From Octopus sinensis (taxonomy: Eukaryota), in the NCBI RefSeq assembly GCF_006345805.1, contig NC_043004.1, positions 50,902,001-50,966,000 of the forward strand: a stretch of 64,000 nucleotides of DNA, given 5' to 3'. Of the stretch, positions 25,605 through 40,999 are shown in pieces; the stretch's first letter is position 1; each line of letters opens with the position of its first letter. The notes below the pieces were generated by a model, which saw nothing but the letters and a program-made list of their open reading frames with translations, searched no databases and was not told the DNA's origin. Both the position numbers and the translations under genes were made by a program.

Positions 25605-26004
25605 TCTTTACTCTTTTACTTGTTTCAGTCATTTGACTGCGGCCATGCTGGTCGAGCAAATCGACCCCGGGACTTATTCTTTGTAAGCCCAGTACTTATT
25701 CTATCGGTATCTTTTGCCGAACCGCTAAGTGACGGGGACGTAAACACACAAGCAAATCTAGAGGGACAAACTATACAAACCCATACATAATATATATATA
25801 TATATATAATATATATATATTATATATTATATATATATACATATATCGACAGGCTTCTTTCAGTTTCCGTCTACCAATCCACTCACAAGGCTTTGGTCGG
25901 CCCGAGGCTATAGCAGAAGACACTTGCCCAAATGCCACGCAGTGGACTGAACCCGGAACCATGAGGTTGGTTAGCAAGCTAATTACCACACATCCACTCC
26001 TGCG

Positions 26005-26008
<4 letters not shown>
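25605..26008 (-). mobile_element. SINE family A
   Basis: Family match with small deletions. Confidence 0.8.
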
Positions 26009-26074
<66 letters not shown>

Positions 26075-26497
26075 ATATATATATAATATATATATAATAT
26101 ATATATATATAATCTGCTATCATGTGAGCGACCAGACTATCAGATGCTGTTATACATCGCTGGTCACAATGCGCTATGCATTGTTCTAGCTTTCAAATGA
26201 CGCTACACCACCTTTGTTCTAAAGCCTTTCCGAATTATTGACTTTTTTTCCGAAGCGGTGGCATGGTAGTCACCTTGACCAGCACCCTCCAAATTGGGCA
26301 AATATAAAATTTACTCAAAGAATTAAATGAAATACAAGTGCCTATATATTAAGTGCAAATTAGTGTGGGTCATAAGAGGTTCGGGACCATTAAGTCCGGA
26401 AATTCGGTGTTGTACACACACACACACACACACACTTCTTCCAAAATCGATAAATTAAGTACCAGCCAAATACTGTGTACTTGAACCTATCTTGGAA

Positions 26498-26552
<55 letters not shown>

Positions 26553-26553
26553 T

Positions 26554-26622
<69 letters not shown>

Positions 26623-26635
26623 TATTATTTCATAC

Positions 26636-26759
26636 TTTCGGGTTTGATAAATGAAGTACCAGTGAAGCACTGGGGTCGATATAATCGACTAGCCCCTCCC
26701 ACAAATGTTCAGGCTTTGTGCCTGAAAATAGGAAGGATAATTATTGTTATTATTATTAC

Positions 26760-26828
<69 letters not shown>

Positions 26829-27017
26829 GGCGGTGAGCTGGCAGAATCGTTAGCACACTGGACGAAATGCTTAGCGGTATTTCGTCTGTCTGCACGATCT
26901 GGGTTCAAATTCCGCTGAGGTCGACTTTGCTTTCATCCTTTTGAAACCGATAAAATAAGTACCAGTAAAATACTGGTGTCGATATAATCAACTAGTCTCC
27001 TCCCGCAAAATTTCAAG

Positions 27018-27020
<3 letters not shown>
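26636..27020 (+). mobile_element. SINE family B copies within (TTA)n arrays
   Basis: Partial copy 26636-26735 and full copy 26827-27020. Confidence 0.7.
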
Positions 27021-27091
<71 letters not shown>

Positions 27092-27209
27092 TGCATTAAA
27101 GTTTTTGCATTTCACCAATTTGGTTATTGCATCGTACCTATCTTTATCAACTGCTTGGGTTCCTTGTTGTAACTGATTGAATCGCATGCAGAAAGGGATA
27201 TATTTAATC

Positions 27210-27410
27210 CATTGGTTTTCAACCAGGGTTCCGCCAGTACAGTGCAGGGGTTCCGCAAGAAGTTACAAAACTACTAAAATCGGCAGTAATTTTTAATTCT
27301 CTTGTGCAGATATGTGTGCATAAGACTATTAAATTATTGTACAGGGGTTCCTCGAGTCAGTGGAATGTTTCCTTGGGGTTCCGCTCCAGCAAAAAGTTTG
27401 AAAAGCACTG
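27210..27410. mobile_element. hAT (Charlie-like) MITE, 201 bp
   Basis: TIR CATTGGTTTTCAACC / GTTTGAAAAGCACTG; perfect 8-bp TSD ATTTAATC at 27202-27209 and 27411-27418. Confidence 0.88.
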
Positions 27411-28032
27411 ATTTAATCAAACGAAATGAAAGCGATAAGAAAAATTTAAATCACACACGCATGCACAATCACGCCACTATTATCTTTCTACTTTGGACGC
27501 TCCTTAGTTCTTCGACGAACTAATAATTACTAACATCCTTGATTAAGGATAGTCTTAATTGTTTCTCTCTCTCTCCGTTGACGTTATAGTTATCTCACAT
27601 GGAACTCTTTACACAATAACATATGAACTACATGCTTAGCTCTTTTAGAAACGGCCGTAAGTGACTTCAAGAATTTATTATAACTACTCTGCTCTATGTT
27701 TAAATTATAAATCAAATATTTTAAAGTGATACTACATGTTTTGTTTGTTTATCCCCCATTTCTGCGCATTTCTGCGCATCGGGTTCAGAATCATAAGGTA
27801 GTGAGTTCTATTCCCGAACCGTGCTGTGTATTGTGTTCTTGAGCAAGACTCTTCAGCTGAAAGTAAAAGAAATTTAATAACATCTTCGTTTATTTACTTA
27901 TAATACACAAATTACTGCACAATAACCCGGAGTTTCTACCTTTGAATAGGTCGCTTCATCCGTGTTACTTGCGTGAATTTTGCTACCCTGGTAACTGTTT
28001 ATTGAATTTTCCATGTTAACGGTAAACAAGTA

Positions 28033-28132
28033 NNNNNNNNNNNNNNNNNNNNNNNNNNNNNNNNNNNNNNNNNNNNNNNNNNNNNNNNNNNNNNNNNNNN
28101 NNNNNNNNNNNNNNNNNNNNNNNNNNNNNNNN
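28033..28132. other. Assembly gap (100 N)
   Basis: Run of N. Confidence 1.
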
Positions 28133-28472
28133 GTATTTGATATCATTGTGATGAATGGTCAGTTTACCCAAACTCACCACTAGATATTACTAGCTTTATA
28201 AATTTGTCTATTACATGGGTCCATCCTCTTACTTAGAAGTCATAGTATATGTATATGTGTGTACACACACACGCACTCATACAGATATATATGCTAACAT
28301 GATCGAGCGTTTACAAGTACGCCTCATTATGCACAGCTTTAAATACATGAATCTATACATACATCTCCACACATATCTACAGTTACACCCTAGTAAACAT
28401 ATACATACACAACCATATCCACATATCCTTAAACACACGTACTGATATATATATATTATATATATATATATA

Positions 28473-28680
28473 TATAAAAGGAAATGAAGAAAATGCTGAC
28501 AAATAATTGAAGTAATTTAAGTAATTTAATTAGGTGAAAGTTCTTTTTACCGGTTGCGCATTTGTTATGCTTATCAAAATGCATAACAAATGCGCAACCG
28601 GTAAAAGAACTTTCACCTAATTAAATACTTAAATTACTTCAATTATTTGTCAGCATTTTCTTCATTTCCTTTTTTATATA
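28473..28680. repeat. Fold-back hairpin (arms about 98 bp) containing a U3:A8 hammerhead remnant on the minus strand (28544-28579)
   Basis: Arms are reverse complements; minus strand TT-TTGATAA-GC-ATAACAAAT-GC-GCAAC-CG-GTA-AAAAG. Confidence 0.75.
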
Positions 28681-28729
28681 TCACCACTCGTGTTCGACAT
28701 CTCCTTTTTTTAAATATATATATATATAG

Positions 28730-28769
<40 letters not shown>

Positions 28770-28873
28770 ATATATATAACGGAAGGTTTGTGAAAATAAA
28801 CAAAAGACGAAGGCAGGTGGAGTACAAACAAACAATGTATTAGTATGGCGCTCAGGAATAGAAATAAAACAAG

Positions 28874-28911
28874 TCTTTTACGTTTCGAGCCTACGCTCTT
28901 CGACAGAAAGA
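28874..28911 (-). ncRNA. Minimal type I hammerhead motif with CUGUCGA core
   Basis: Minus strand TCTTT-CTGTCGA-A-GAGC-GTAG-GCTC-GAAAC-GTA-AAAGA. Confidence 0.6.
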
Positions 28912-29529
28912 TACACAGAAAAGAAACAAGGAGAGAAACAAGGATAGAAAAAAATTGCGTCTCCTTGTAAAGTATCTGCAAACATTCACGCACGTCCATC
29001 CATGTATGCACACATACAATACACCTTACAAGTGTATATCTTGTTTTTGAGTACGTAACAGTTATATTTAATATACTATTCTCAATAGATTGAGCTCCAT
29101 ATATTTAAAAGTTTTTAAAAGTTTATAAAAGTTTTTAAAGTTTTTAAAAAAGGTTTTTTACATGTGTCTATGACAAATCCAATAGACCTGGTATTAAGTA
29201 ACAACAAGTTGAAATGAGGGATGATCAATAAAGGAAATGATTTAAAAAGAAAGGAAATAAATATAAGTGATAAAAGGGAGTAGCAAATTAACAATATGGT
29301 TGTGTATGTATATGTTTACTAGGGTGTAACTGTAGATACGTTTGATCTATTCTCTCTCACCTCTGCCACTATCTGGCATATACAGGTGTTTACACTTATC
29401 AAGTATTCACTCTAAACTTACAGTACCTACTTGATCCACGTTGTCTTTTGGATTGGATTTTACATAACCACGGCAACCTTTAATACTTGATGAATATATA
29501 TATATTATATATATATATATATATTATAT

Positions 29530-30036
29530 TGTATCTAGTTCACTCTTCGCCTTGATGTAATGATATATTGATAATATATGGCGTGTACTGATACACCGGC
29601 GATTATAATTAATTTATTGTATCGCATTTATCTTTGTTTACATATTCTCTCGATAAATTTCTGACCGTTAGACGATATACCCAATCCCCTATTTTGTCGG
29701 GTTGTTCTGAGTCTGCGCAGTGTTTTGAATAGTTTAAAAGAGCATTTCAATAGACGCACATGGGTCTATTGATATGGTCTTCCCATCATTAACAGGAATC
29801 TTACTGAAGAGCCAGCCTGAGTAAATAAATATTATTTTTATTACTGAATTTGGCGAAACTGCAGTTTAAGAAAAGCTAAGTTTGTAAAAGTTTTTAATTT
29901 TCATCTCACTAAATTTATCCAGCTATTGTGTATCTAGTTCACTCTTCGCCTTGAATGTAATGATATATGAATAATATATGGCGTGTACTGATACACCGGC
30001 GATTATAATTAATTTTATTGTATCGCATTTATCTTT

Positions 30037-30041
<5 letters not shown>
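29530..30041 (+). mobile_element. Terminally redundant 399-bp hammerhead element (about 1.3 units) in (TA)n
   Basis: 29530-29641 repeats at 29929-30041; one hammerhead inside. Confidence 0.75.
29799..29871 (+). ncRNA. Type I hammerhead ribozyme, canonical core
   Basis: TCTTA-CTGAAGA-GCCA..TGGC-GAAAC-TGCA-GTT-TAAGA; palindromic stem III AACTGCAGTT. Confidence 0.85.
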
Positions 30042-30077
<36 letters not shown>

Positions 30078-30482
30078 CGTTTGTGTGTCTGTGTTTGTCC
30101 CCACCATTGCTTGATAACCGATGCTAGTGTCTGGTGTGTTTACGTCCCCGTAATTTAGCGGTTCGGCAAAACAGACCGATAGAATAAGTACAAGGCCTAC
30201 AAAAAATAAGTCCTGGGGTTGATTTCTTCGACTAAAGGCGGTGCTCCAGCATGACCACAGTCAAATGACTGAAGCAAACAAAAGAGTATAAGAATATATC
30301 CATACATATTCACACGACGGAGTTCTTTCAATTTCCGTCTACCAAATCCACTGACAGGACTTTGGTCGATCAGAGACTATAGTAGAAGACACTTGCTCAA
30401 AGTGCCACGCACTGGAACTGAACCCGGAACCATGTGGTTTGGAAGCAAAGTTACCACACAGCCAAGCCCTCACCTATACACA

Positions 30483-30527
<45 letters not shown>

Positions 30528-31750
30528 CAGGAAGTAAATAGACACCTTTAATTTTCAAAATTTTTTATTTAATACGCAAACCGAACAATTGAAATGTAAT
30601 CTATAGGTAGGACTAAATACTTTAGTATTTAGTTGACATTCCCTTTGCAGTTTTTAATTCAGAAACTCTTTTTGGCATTGAACTGAGGAGCTTTGTGATT
30701 GTCTCTTGTGGAATTTCTGCCCACTTTTCATGCAACAATCGAAACAATTCATCTTTAGATTTAGGTTTCTGTCGAGTTTTTCGTATAGCTCTATTTAGTA
30801 TGCTCCAAAGATTTTCAATTGGGTTCACGTCAGGAGATTGACTCGACCAAGGAAGCTTTTGAATCCCATTTTCAGTCAACCATTGTTGATCCCTTTTCGC
30901 CGTGTGGCATGGAGCCCCATCTTCCATGAATAAAAACTCATTTTTCGTTATATTATCGTGTGAATACATGGGAAGTAGTCCTTGCTTAAGTATTTCGATG
31001 TATTTTTCGGAGTTTATAGTTCCAACACATTCGATCAGCTCAGAACGACCATTGCTGGTGACAGCTCCCCATACCATTACATAGATACCGCCATGTTTCA
31101 CAGTTGGTTGGAGTCGTTTCAAATTAAATTCTTAACTGGGAAGCCTCCAGACCCAAGCACGTCCACTGTCTGAAAATAATGCAAATCTGGATTCATCTGA
31201 GAAAATCTCTCTATCTCAAAATGAACTGGATTTTTCTGACATTCCTTAGCTGACATTCCTTCTGACATTTTTTTTTTCGTGATATTAACTGGTTGAAGGA
31301 GAGGTTTTCTTCTAGCTACTCGTCCATAATACCCAGGCTTATACAGATATGTAACACACGTTTTTGGACTAACTTCTAACCGTTTTGCAATGTCAGAAGC
31401 CTTCTAACAGGGTTCGTTTTCCACAATTCTATTCAAACAGCGAAGCTTCCTTTCCGAGGAACCAGGTCGCTCGGAACGAGAATCTGTTGATTCTTTTCCT
31501 TGGCTTTTGAATCGCACAATAATTCTGTTAACAGTAGCAGGAGGATTTTGAAGATTTTCGGCAATTTTTCGCTGGCTAAGACCAGTCTCAGATTGCCCAA
31601 CAATACGACCTCTTTGAAAATCTAACAGTTTAATATAATGGCACCTGGAATGAAAAAGAATAATTACATTGTAAATTCTACACCACTGAAATCATATTAA
31701 GACGCATAGATCAGAAATTTTGAAAATTAAATGTGTCTACTTACTTCCTG
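30528..31750 (-). mobile_element. Tc1-family (DD34E-type) transposon, full length, decayed
   Basis: TIRs CAGGAAGTAAATAGACAC..AATTTTCAAAATT and its reverse complement at 31716-31750; SDESRF, VKHGG..VMVWG, MEDGAPCH, SPDVNPIENLW (ORF 30622-31122). Confidence 0.92.
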
Positions 31751-31804
31751 CATTTCTATGTATATATATATATGTGTGTGTGTGTGTATATATATATATG
31801 TATT

Positions 31805-32032
31805 TCTTTACTGCCCACAAGGGGCTAAACATAGAGGGGACAAACAAGGACAGACAAAGGAATTAAGTCGATTACATCGACTCCAGTGGGAAACTAGTAC
31901 TTTATTTATCGACCCCGAAAGGATGAAAGGCAAAGTCGACCTCGCGGAATTTGAACTCAGAACGTAACGACAGACGAAATACGGCTACGCATTTCGCCCG
32001 GCGTGCTAACGTTTCTGCCAGCTCGCCGCCCT
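31805..32032 (-). mobile_element. SINE family B (same tail variant as 8080-8310)
   Basis: Family match. Confidence 0.8.
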
Positions 32033-32053
32033 ATATATGTATGTATATATATA

Positions 32054-32179
<126 letters not shown>

Positions 32180-32185
32180 TATATA

Positions 32186-32243
<58 letters not shown>

Positions 32244-32562
32244 TATATGTATGTATATAGAAACACGCGCGCGCGCACACACACACATACACACATTAAC
32301 TCACACCTTAATCCTGCCTTAAGATCTCAAAATCACGTTGATATCCGATAGGCAGCTAACATTTCCGGTTATGTAATATATATACTTCCATTTCAGTTTG
32401 CTTCACATTCCTAAAATAGACAGGTTCTGTGTTGATAGAGACTCGGTTTGAGGTGTTGGATTTAGTTTTCATTCTATGGGATTATATTTTCCCTTGTAAG
32501 TACAATTTAGTAATGTCAGAAAACTGTCAGATATGAAGCGTATCTGAATGTGTTCGTGTGTT

Positions 32563-32600
<38 letters not shown>

Positions 32601-32677
32601 TGTGTGTGTGTGAGTGCGTGTGTGTGGGCGTGCGTATGCATGTGGTTACATACAACATACATACATACATACATACA

Positions 32678-32711
<34 letters not shown>

Positions 32712-33270
32712 CGTACGTACGTACGTACGGCTGCCCTGTGCATGATATCGGTAGTATGACATGATCAACATGACCATCAGTGACTCAGCCGTTTTCCTTA
32801 CAAGGTCACAAGGTCAAAAAGTTGGCAAAACAGAAGCAACACCTGTCAAAAGGTTCGATAATATGAGTTGTTGCGGTATTGCACAAGCTGTTTTCCACTT
32901 TTAAAGATTTTGCACTGAGATTGTTGAGAATTTGTTTCCAATCATCAGTTGGGATTATAATCTTCCAATAAATATACATTGTAACTTGTGTGTGTGTGTG
33001 TATGTGTGTGTGTGTGTGTGTGTGTGTTGTGTGTGTGTGTGTGTGCGTGCGTGTAAGTGTGTGTATGGATGTATGCTTGTATGCATGCAAGTATATATAT
33101 ATACACACAAAGATACATAAATACATATGTATGTATGTATGTACAGTGTGACACCCCCCAACCAAAAACTCCACATATCTTTGAATAAAACTGCTAATTT
33201 TAATTTTTCTTTTTCAGGGTATACAAGTCGACATTGTGCGTGAAAGACTGGAACAACAGATTACTCCAAC

Positions 33271-34364
33271 ATGTCTTGGTCAACCAAAGGAAAGACATTT
33301 TGCCTGGAGGCCTATTTCACCAGCAAATCATACACTGCAGTACAAGCAAATTTTCAGAGAAAGTTTCGGTGTCACCATGCTCCGTCAAAACGCAGAATTC
33401 TTGACTGGGTTCAGAAGTTCAGAGAGTATGGGACTGTGCAAAATCTTAATTCTAAAGGTCTGAGAGACACTTATTTTGGTCGGAAGGTGGGTGCTAGAAC
33501 AAAAAGAAACATTGATGTTATACGGGAGTTAGTGGGATGGAGCCAAAAGAGATCGCTTCGACGACGTAGTTTAAGAGCTGGGAATCTCTCGAGAGTCTTT
33601 GAGGTGTGTCTTAAATCATTTCTTCATTTGTATCCTCACCAGATCCAAATAAAGCAAAAACTTACAAAGGCAGACATGGAAAAATGCATAAACATATGTG
33701 AATGGTTTTGTGAGACAATCGAAGAGATCCAGGCTTCTTGGATCATATTTGGTTCTCTGACGAAGCGCACTATTTGCTATCAGGACATGAAAACAGTAAA
33801 AATAATGTTTATAGGGATACATCAGCACCGGAGGAAGTGTTTCAGAGGGTGTTAGACCCAACAAAGTGCACAGCACGGGTAGCAATCTCTAAACACGGCA
33901 TCATCGGCCCATATTGGTTCGAAGGCGAAAATGAGAAAACTCAAACTGTGAATATGGAGCGCTATGGGATGAGGAAGTTTTGGGTATCACTGGGACGGCG
34001 CAGAGTGATAGATCGAGAGGAACAGTGGTTCCAGCAAGACGCCGTCACGCACCCCCATGCATCAAATGACTCCATAGCCTGGCTGAGAGAGCGATTTCAG
34101 GAGAGACTGATCAGCAGGAAGTGTGACGTTGAATAGGCACCGCATTCACCAGACTTGAACTCTGCCAGATTTTTATTTATGGGGGTATCTCAAGGATAAT
34201 ATTTACCAGAAAACCCTCAAACGATTGGTGAACTGAAGACAGCAATCACAGTAGAAATCAGGTAAATCCCGATAGAGGAATGTGTCCGAGTAGTTGACAA
34301 TTTTGCGCGGCGAATACAAATGTGCCTCCAACGCCGCGGAGGCCATTTGGGGCGTATTTTGTAA
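33271..34364 (+). pseudogene. rosa-like (DD41D-type) Tc1/mariner transposase, frameshifted
   Basis: HTH KSYTAVQANFQRKF..APSKRRILDWVQKFREYGTV; IWFSDEAH; WFQQD; PHSPDLN.DFYLWGYLKD; GGH C-terminus. Confidence 0.85.
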
Positions 34365-34734
34365 AGAACATGACTTTTATGCAAAGAGAATGATCTACAC
34401 AGACCATAGTTTAAGTCCAGCAAATTTCAAGAAATTTGCCCAAAAATGTGATCAAAGTACTATTTCCCTATGCGACACGACGTTGACACGAAAACGATAT
34501 ACAATGCAACTCGAAAAAAGTTACTGTCCTGGTTGAAATGTAGAGAGAACCACTGTTATTGAGGACGTACACAAGCATCAACACATTCCCATCAAAACTT
34601 CTGTTAAATGTAAACATAACAAACCAGATACCGTTGTTTGGGACGGACAAAAAATGTATGCACCGTCATAAAGGTCAGCTACCCTGCTAATGTCGACATC
34701 TCTTCGAAAACCAAAGAGATAGAGGGTAACTCAT

Positions 34735-34950
34735 TTACTCATTTACTTGTTTCAGTCATTTGACTGCGGCCATGCTGGAGCACCGCCTTTAATCGAGCAA
34801 CTCGACCCCGGGACTTATTCTTTTGTAAGCCCAGTACTTATTCTATCGGTCTCTTTTGCCGAACCGCTAAGTGACGGGGACATAAACACATCAGCATCGG
34901 TTGTCAAGCAATGCTAGGGGGACAAACACAGACACACAAACACACATACG

Positions 34951-34989
<39 letters not shown>

Positions 34990-35160
34990 TATATACGACG
35001 GGCTTCTTTCAGTTTCCGTCTACCAAATCCACTCACAAGGCTTTGGTCGGCCCGAGGCTATAGTAGAAGACATTTGCCCAAGGTGCCACGCAGTGGGACT
35101 GAACCCGGAACCATGTGATTGGTAAACAAGCTACTTACCACACAGCCACTCCTGCGCCTA
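34735..35160 (-). mobile_element. SINE family A
   Basis: Full-length family match. Confidence 0.85.
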
Positions 35161-35988
35161 TGGAAAATTCCTTCGAAACCTCTAGCTACTGTATTCAAAT
35201 TATAAATTTACATTTATACCAATAATTGGTGCACTTAGTTTTGTGAGTAAATGCTTAAGTTACAATCTGTATCAAAAAACCCTCGAAAGCTAGGGTTTTC
35301 AGTAAAAGAATTCCATCAGCTAATTCGTACATTACAAAAATAATCTGCAAGCAGATCTGTAAAAATATGTAAAACTTTTCTCTGTTGTAAATTGCAAATT
35401 TGTTTTTGTAACCTACATTTCAAAGATGGAGGCTTGTATCTTTGTTAGAATCCAGCTTCTTTCCTCCAGTTTAGAGGAAATTTTCAAATAATTAAAATCA
35501 GAAGAAATCATACGTACATACATACATATATACATACATACATATATACATGTCTAGATATGCAACTATATGCATAGGAATACATAAAACAAAACATACA
35601 AATCTGCACATACATACAGACATACACACATACACATACACATATACATACATACAGACAGACATACATACATACAAAAAAACCCTGTTGTTGATGTTGG
35701 AATTCCAATGAAGGAACCTTGAATGTAGGTTAGAAACCGGCCCTTTCTCTATTGGCAAGAAATCATGAAATAGAACTGAATAGTGACATACATACATACA
35801 TACAAACTCTACTACACCGATTATAAATAAACATTTATACAAATTGTCATGGTCTCACTTGGTTATGTTAGTAAATGTCTTCGGAAAAGCTAGAAAAACT
35901 AGAGACCGCTTCTCACGCACCTAACAAATACAGCATATAAGTGGAACAGTAAAAATATGCAAGACCCTTCTAAAGCTCAGCATATAAC

Positions 35989-36039
<51 letters not shown>

Positions 36040-36059
36040 CCAAATTCCAACGAGAAAGC

Positions 36060-36426
36060 TTCTGTTTCTTTGTTAGAAATCAGTCTTTTACATGAAACCC
36101 AACTGGTACTTATTTTCATTGGCCACGAACAAATATTGCAAAGCATTTTTCCGACGCTCAAGCGATTTTGTCAGCTCGCCATAATGATGATGATGACGAC
36201 GACGACGATGATGATGATGATGATGATGATGATTTCAAATTCCGGCAAGTTGATTATTTCTACCCCAGTGCTCAATTGGTACATTTTTTTATCGACCCCG
36301 AAAAGATCAAAGGCAAAGTCGGCCTCGGCAGAATTTGAACTCAGAACGTAAAGATGGACGAAAAGCCGCTTAGCATTTTGTCCGGCATGCTGACTATTTT
36401 AGCAGCTTACCACCTTAATAATAATG

Positions 36427-36458
<32 letters not shown>

Positions 36459-36907
36459 CCTTTCTGCTGGAGGCACAAGGCATCACATTTGTGGGGAGGG
36501 GACTAGTCGATTGCATCGACCCTAGTGTTCAACCCTGAAAGTGTTCGACCTTGAAAGGATGAAAGGCAAAATCGACCTCGGCGGAATTTGAACTCAGAAC
36601 GTAGGGACGGGCGAAATACCACTAGGCATTTAACCCGGCGTGCTAACTAGTCTGCCAACTCGCCGCCTTAATAATAGTAATAATAATGATAATGGTTTCA
36701 AGTTTTTCCACAAGGGCACCCATCTTGAGGGAGGAGATGAGTCAATTACATCGACCCCAATGTTCAACTGGTATTTGTTTTATCGACCCCGAAAGGATGA
36801 AAGGCAAAGTCAACCTCGGTGGAAATTGAACTCAGATCATAGCGACGGGCGAAATACCGCAAATCATTTCGTCATGTGCGCTAATGACTCTGCCAGATAG
36901 CTGCCTC

Positions 36908-36908
<1 letters not shown>
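36060..36908 (-). mobile_element. Four head-to-tail SINE family B copies separated by AAT/GAT tracts
   Basis: Copies ending at about 36180, 36418, 36670 and 36908. Confidence 0.75.
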
Positions 36909-38788
<1,880 letters not shown>

Positions 38789-40735
38789 GCTACTCATCAA
38801 TAAGATGATCTTGTCACTAATAACACAAGAACTTGTCGATAGTCTGGACAGATGATATAAAAGCTTTTGCTAGTCTACCACATTGCTGGATTAAGAAATG
38901 TCTGGAAATGTATAAAATAGCTGCTACACTGCGAAACTTTCTGTCTGTAAGTATGAGATCATGGAGACCCACACTGACATTGAACAGTGACAATGAATGT
39001 CTCAATGCTGCAGATGTAAGAATTTCATGTGGAATTTTCCAAGCTGACTCTCTATCATCACTCCTCTTTTTTGTAGCCTTAATACCTCTCTCGAAATTGC
39101 CGAATGATGTACAATATGGCTATAAAATGTTTGATAAAAATATAAACCATCTCTTTTACATGGATGATTTAAAGCTCTTTGCAAAAAGTGACCACCAACT
39201 GCAGGGCTTACTATCGATTGTTAAACAATTCAGTGTGGAATCAAACATTTAATGATGAGGGAAAAGATAAGAAAAGAATGTTCTCGCAGGGTAAGACCAA
39301 TTCTCAAGACAGAGCTGAATGCAAGAAACATGATCGAAGCGATCAATACTTTAGCCATACCGGTCATGACTTACAGTTTCAATATCATTAACTGGTCAAT
39401 TATTGAAATATGTAATCTTGACAGAAAAATGCGAAAATTGTTTACAATGCATAGAATGCATCACACCAAGGCAGATTTAGAATGACTTTACCTGTCAAGG
39501 AAAGTGTGTGGTCGTGAACTTTTATAACTGGAATTAGAAATGAAGATTGCCACTATTGGCCTAAACACCTATCTCAAAAACTCTGATGACTGGCTGTTAA
39601 AACTTGGTTTAAAGCACAAAAACATGAAAACATCATTCTCAGTAACAAAACGTGAAAAGAAATATCTAAATGAATTCCAAATACAACAAATTCCAGAATT
39701 AGACCTAGTAGAAATAAGCACAGAAAAAGCTAAGCGTATGAAAACCCATGGTAAACCTGCTGCTTTAGATATTTAGATAGTTGCAAGAAAATCTTTCAAT
39801 GGAAAATACCCCCAAAAAGCTAATAAAGCCGATGTTGACAAAACGCTTACCCATCAAAGGTTAGTGTTTTCTGGTATAAAATCAGACGCTGAAGGGTTTA
39901 TCATACCCGCCCAAGATCAATGCCTACCTACAAGGAGCTACCAGGCCAGCATATTAAAGAGCATCAGTAGCCCAACATGCGGTGTAAGCAACAAAATGAA
40001 ACCATTAATCATGTTGCCTCCAAGTGCAGTCTTCTTGCACCTACAAAGTTTCTTAACAGGCATGATAAAGCAACATAGTATATTCACTGGGTAATTTGCA
40101 AAAACTTGAAACTGCCCCATGATAAAATCTGGTGGGAACACAAACCACCCACAGTGCTTGAAAATGACATCTTACTCCTCTGGAACTTCACCGTTCAAAC
40201 TGACAGAAAGATAGATGCGAATAGGTCAGACATTATATTGAAAGACTTCAGACGAAAATCATGCCTCCCCATTGATATGACTGTCCAATCGATATAAATA
40301 TATCTGTCAAGAGCTACCAAAAACTGAGCAAGTACAAATATCTTGAAATAGAAACTGGCAAAATGTGGAACCTCAAGACTAAATACAATACCTGTTGTCA
40401 TAGGTGCCCTTGAAATAATAGGAAAAGGGGCCGATTGCTACCTAGATCAGGTACCAGGAAATCAAAAAAATGGCAGAAATTCAAAAAATAGTGATCATAG
40501 AAACTGCCCATATCCTACGTAAAATACTGTCTGTGTAATCTCAAATTCTAAATCAAACTTATAACAATTTTCTTGTTTCCTTAAGCATTCTCTAGAACAA
40601 TACTATTTGCAAAACCAAATATATGACACCCTAGGCATAACACCAACATGAACTTCTAACTTGTTGTCTCTTGAGGTCTCTGAGGGAGACTTGGAACCAA
40701 CCTGTACAAATACAAAGCAAAAGTCAAACATATAA
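38789..40735 (+). mobile_element. R4/Dong-clade non-LTR retrotransposon (RT plus RLE), 5'-truncated and decayed
   Basis: DDIKAFASLPH, GIFQADSLS, NHLFYMDDLKLFA, AINTLAIP, AEGFIIPAQDQ, ETINHV..C..RHD, ANRSDII..PID, IPVVIGAL. Confidence 0.9.
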
Positions 40736-40999
40736 CAACAACAACTGCAATAATAATATCTTATTGACGTGAAGGCGCATGGCTCAGTGGTTAGAGCGGC
40801 GGGCTCACAATCATGAGGTAGTGAGTTCGAATCTCGGATTGAGCAATACACATTATGTCACATTGTTCCAGTTCACTCAGATAAAATGAATGGCGACCTT
40901 GCCCGGACTTGTGCTTCGGAGGGTAACTTTTATTCGTGAGGGAAGGGGGTCCTTACCCTGTCTTATCGACTACAAGAACTACAAAATCATTTAAGACAA

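Noticed and set aside
35700-35750. AACCT/AGGTT hairpin followed by GAAACCGG
   Set aside because: No CUGANGA or UUGANAA core and no NUH triplet; at best a decayed motif.
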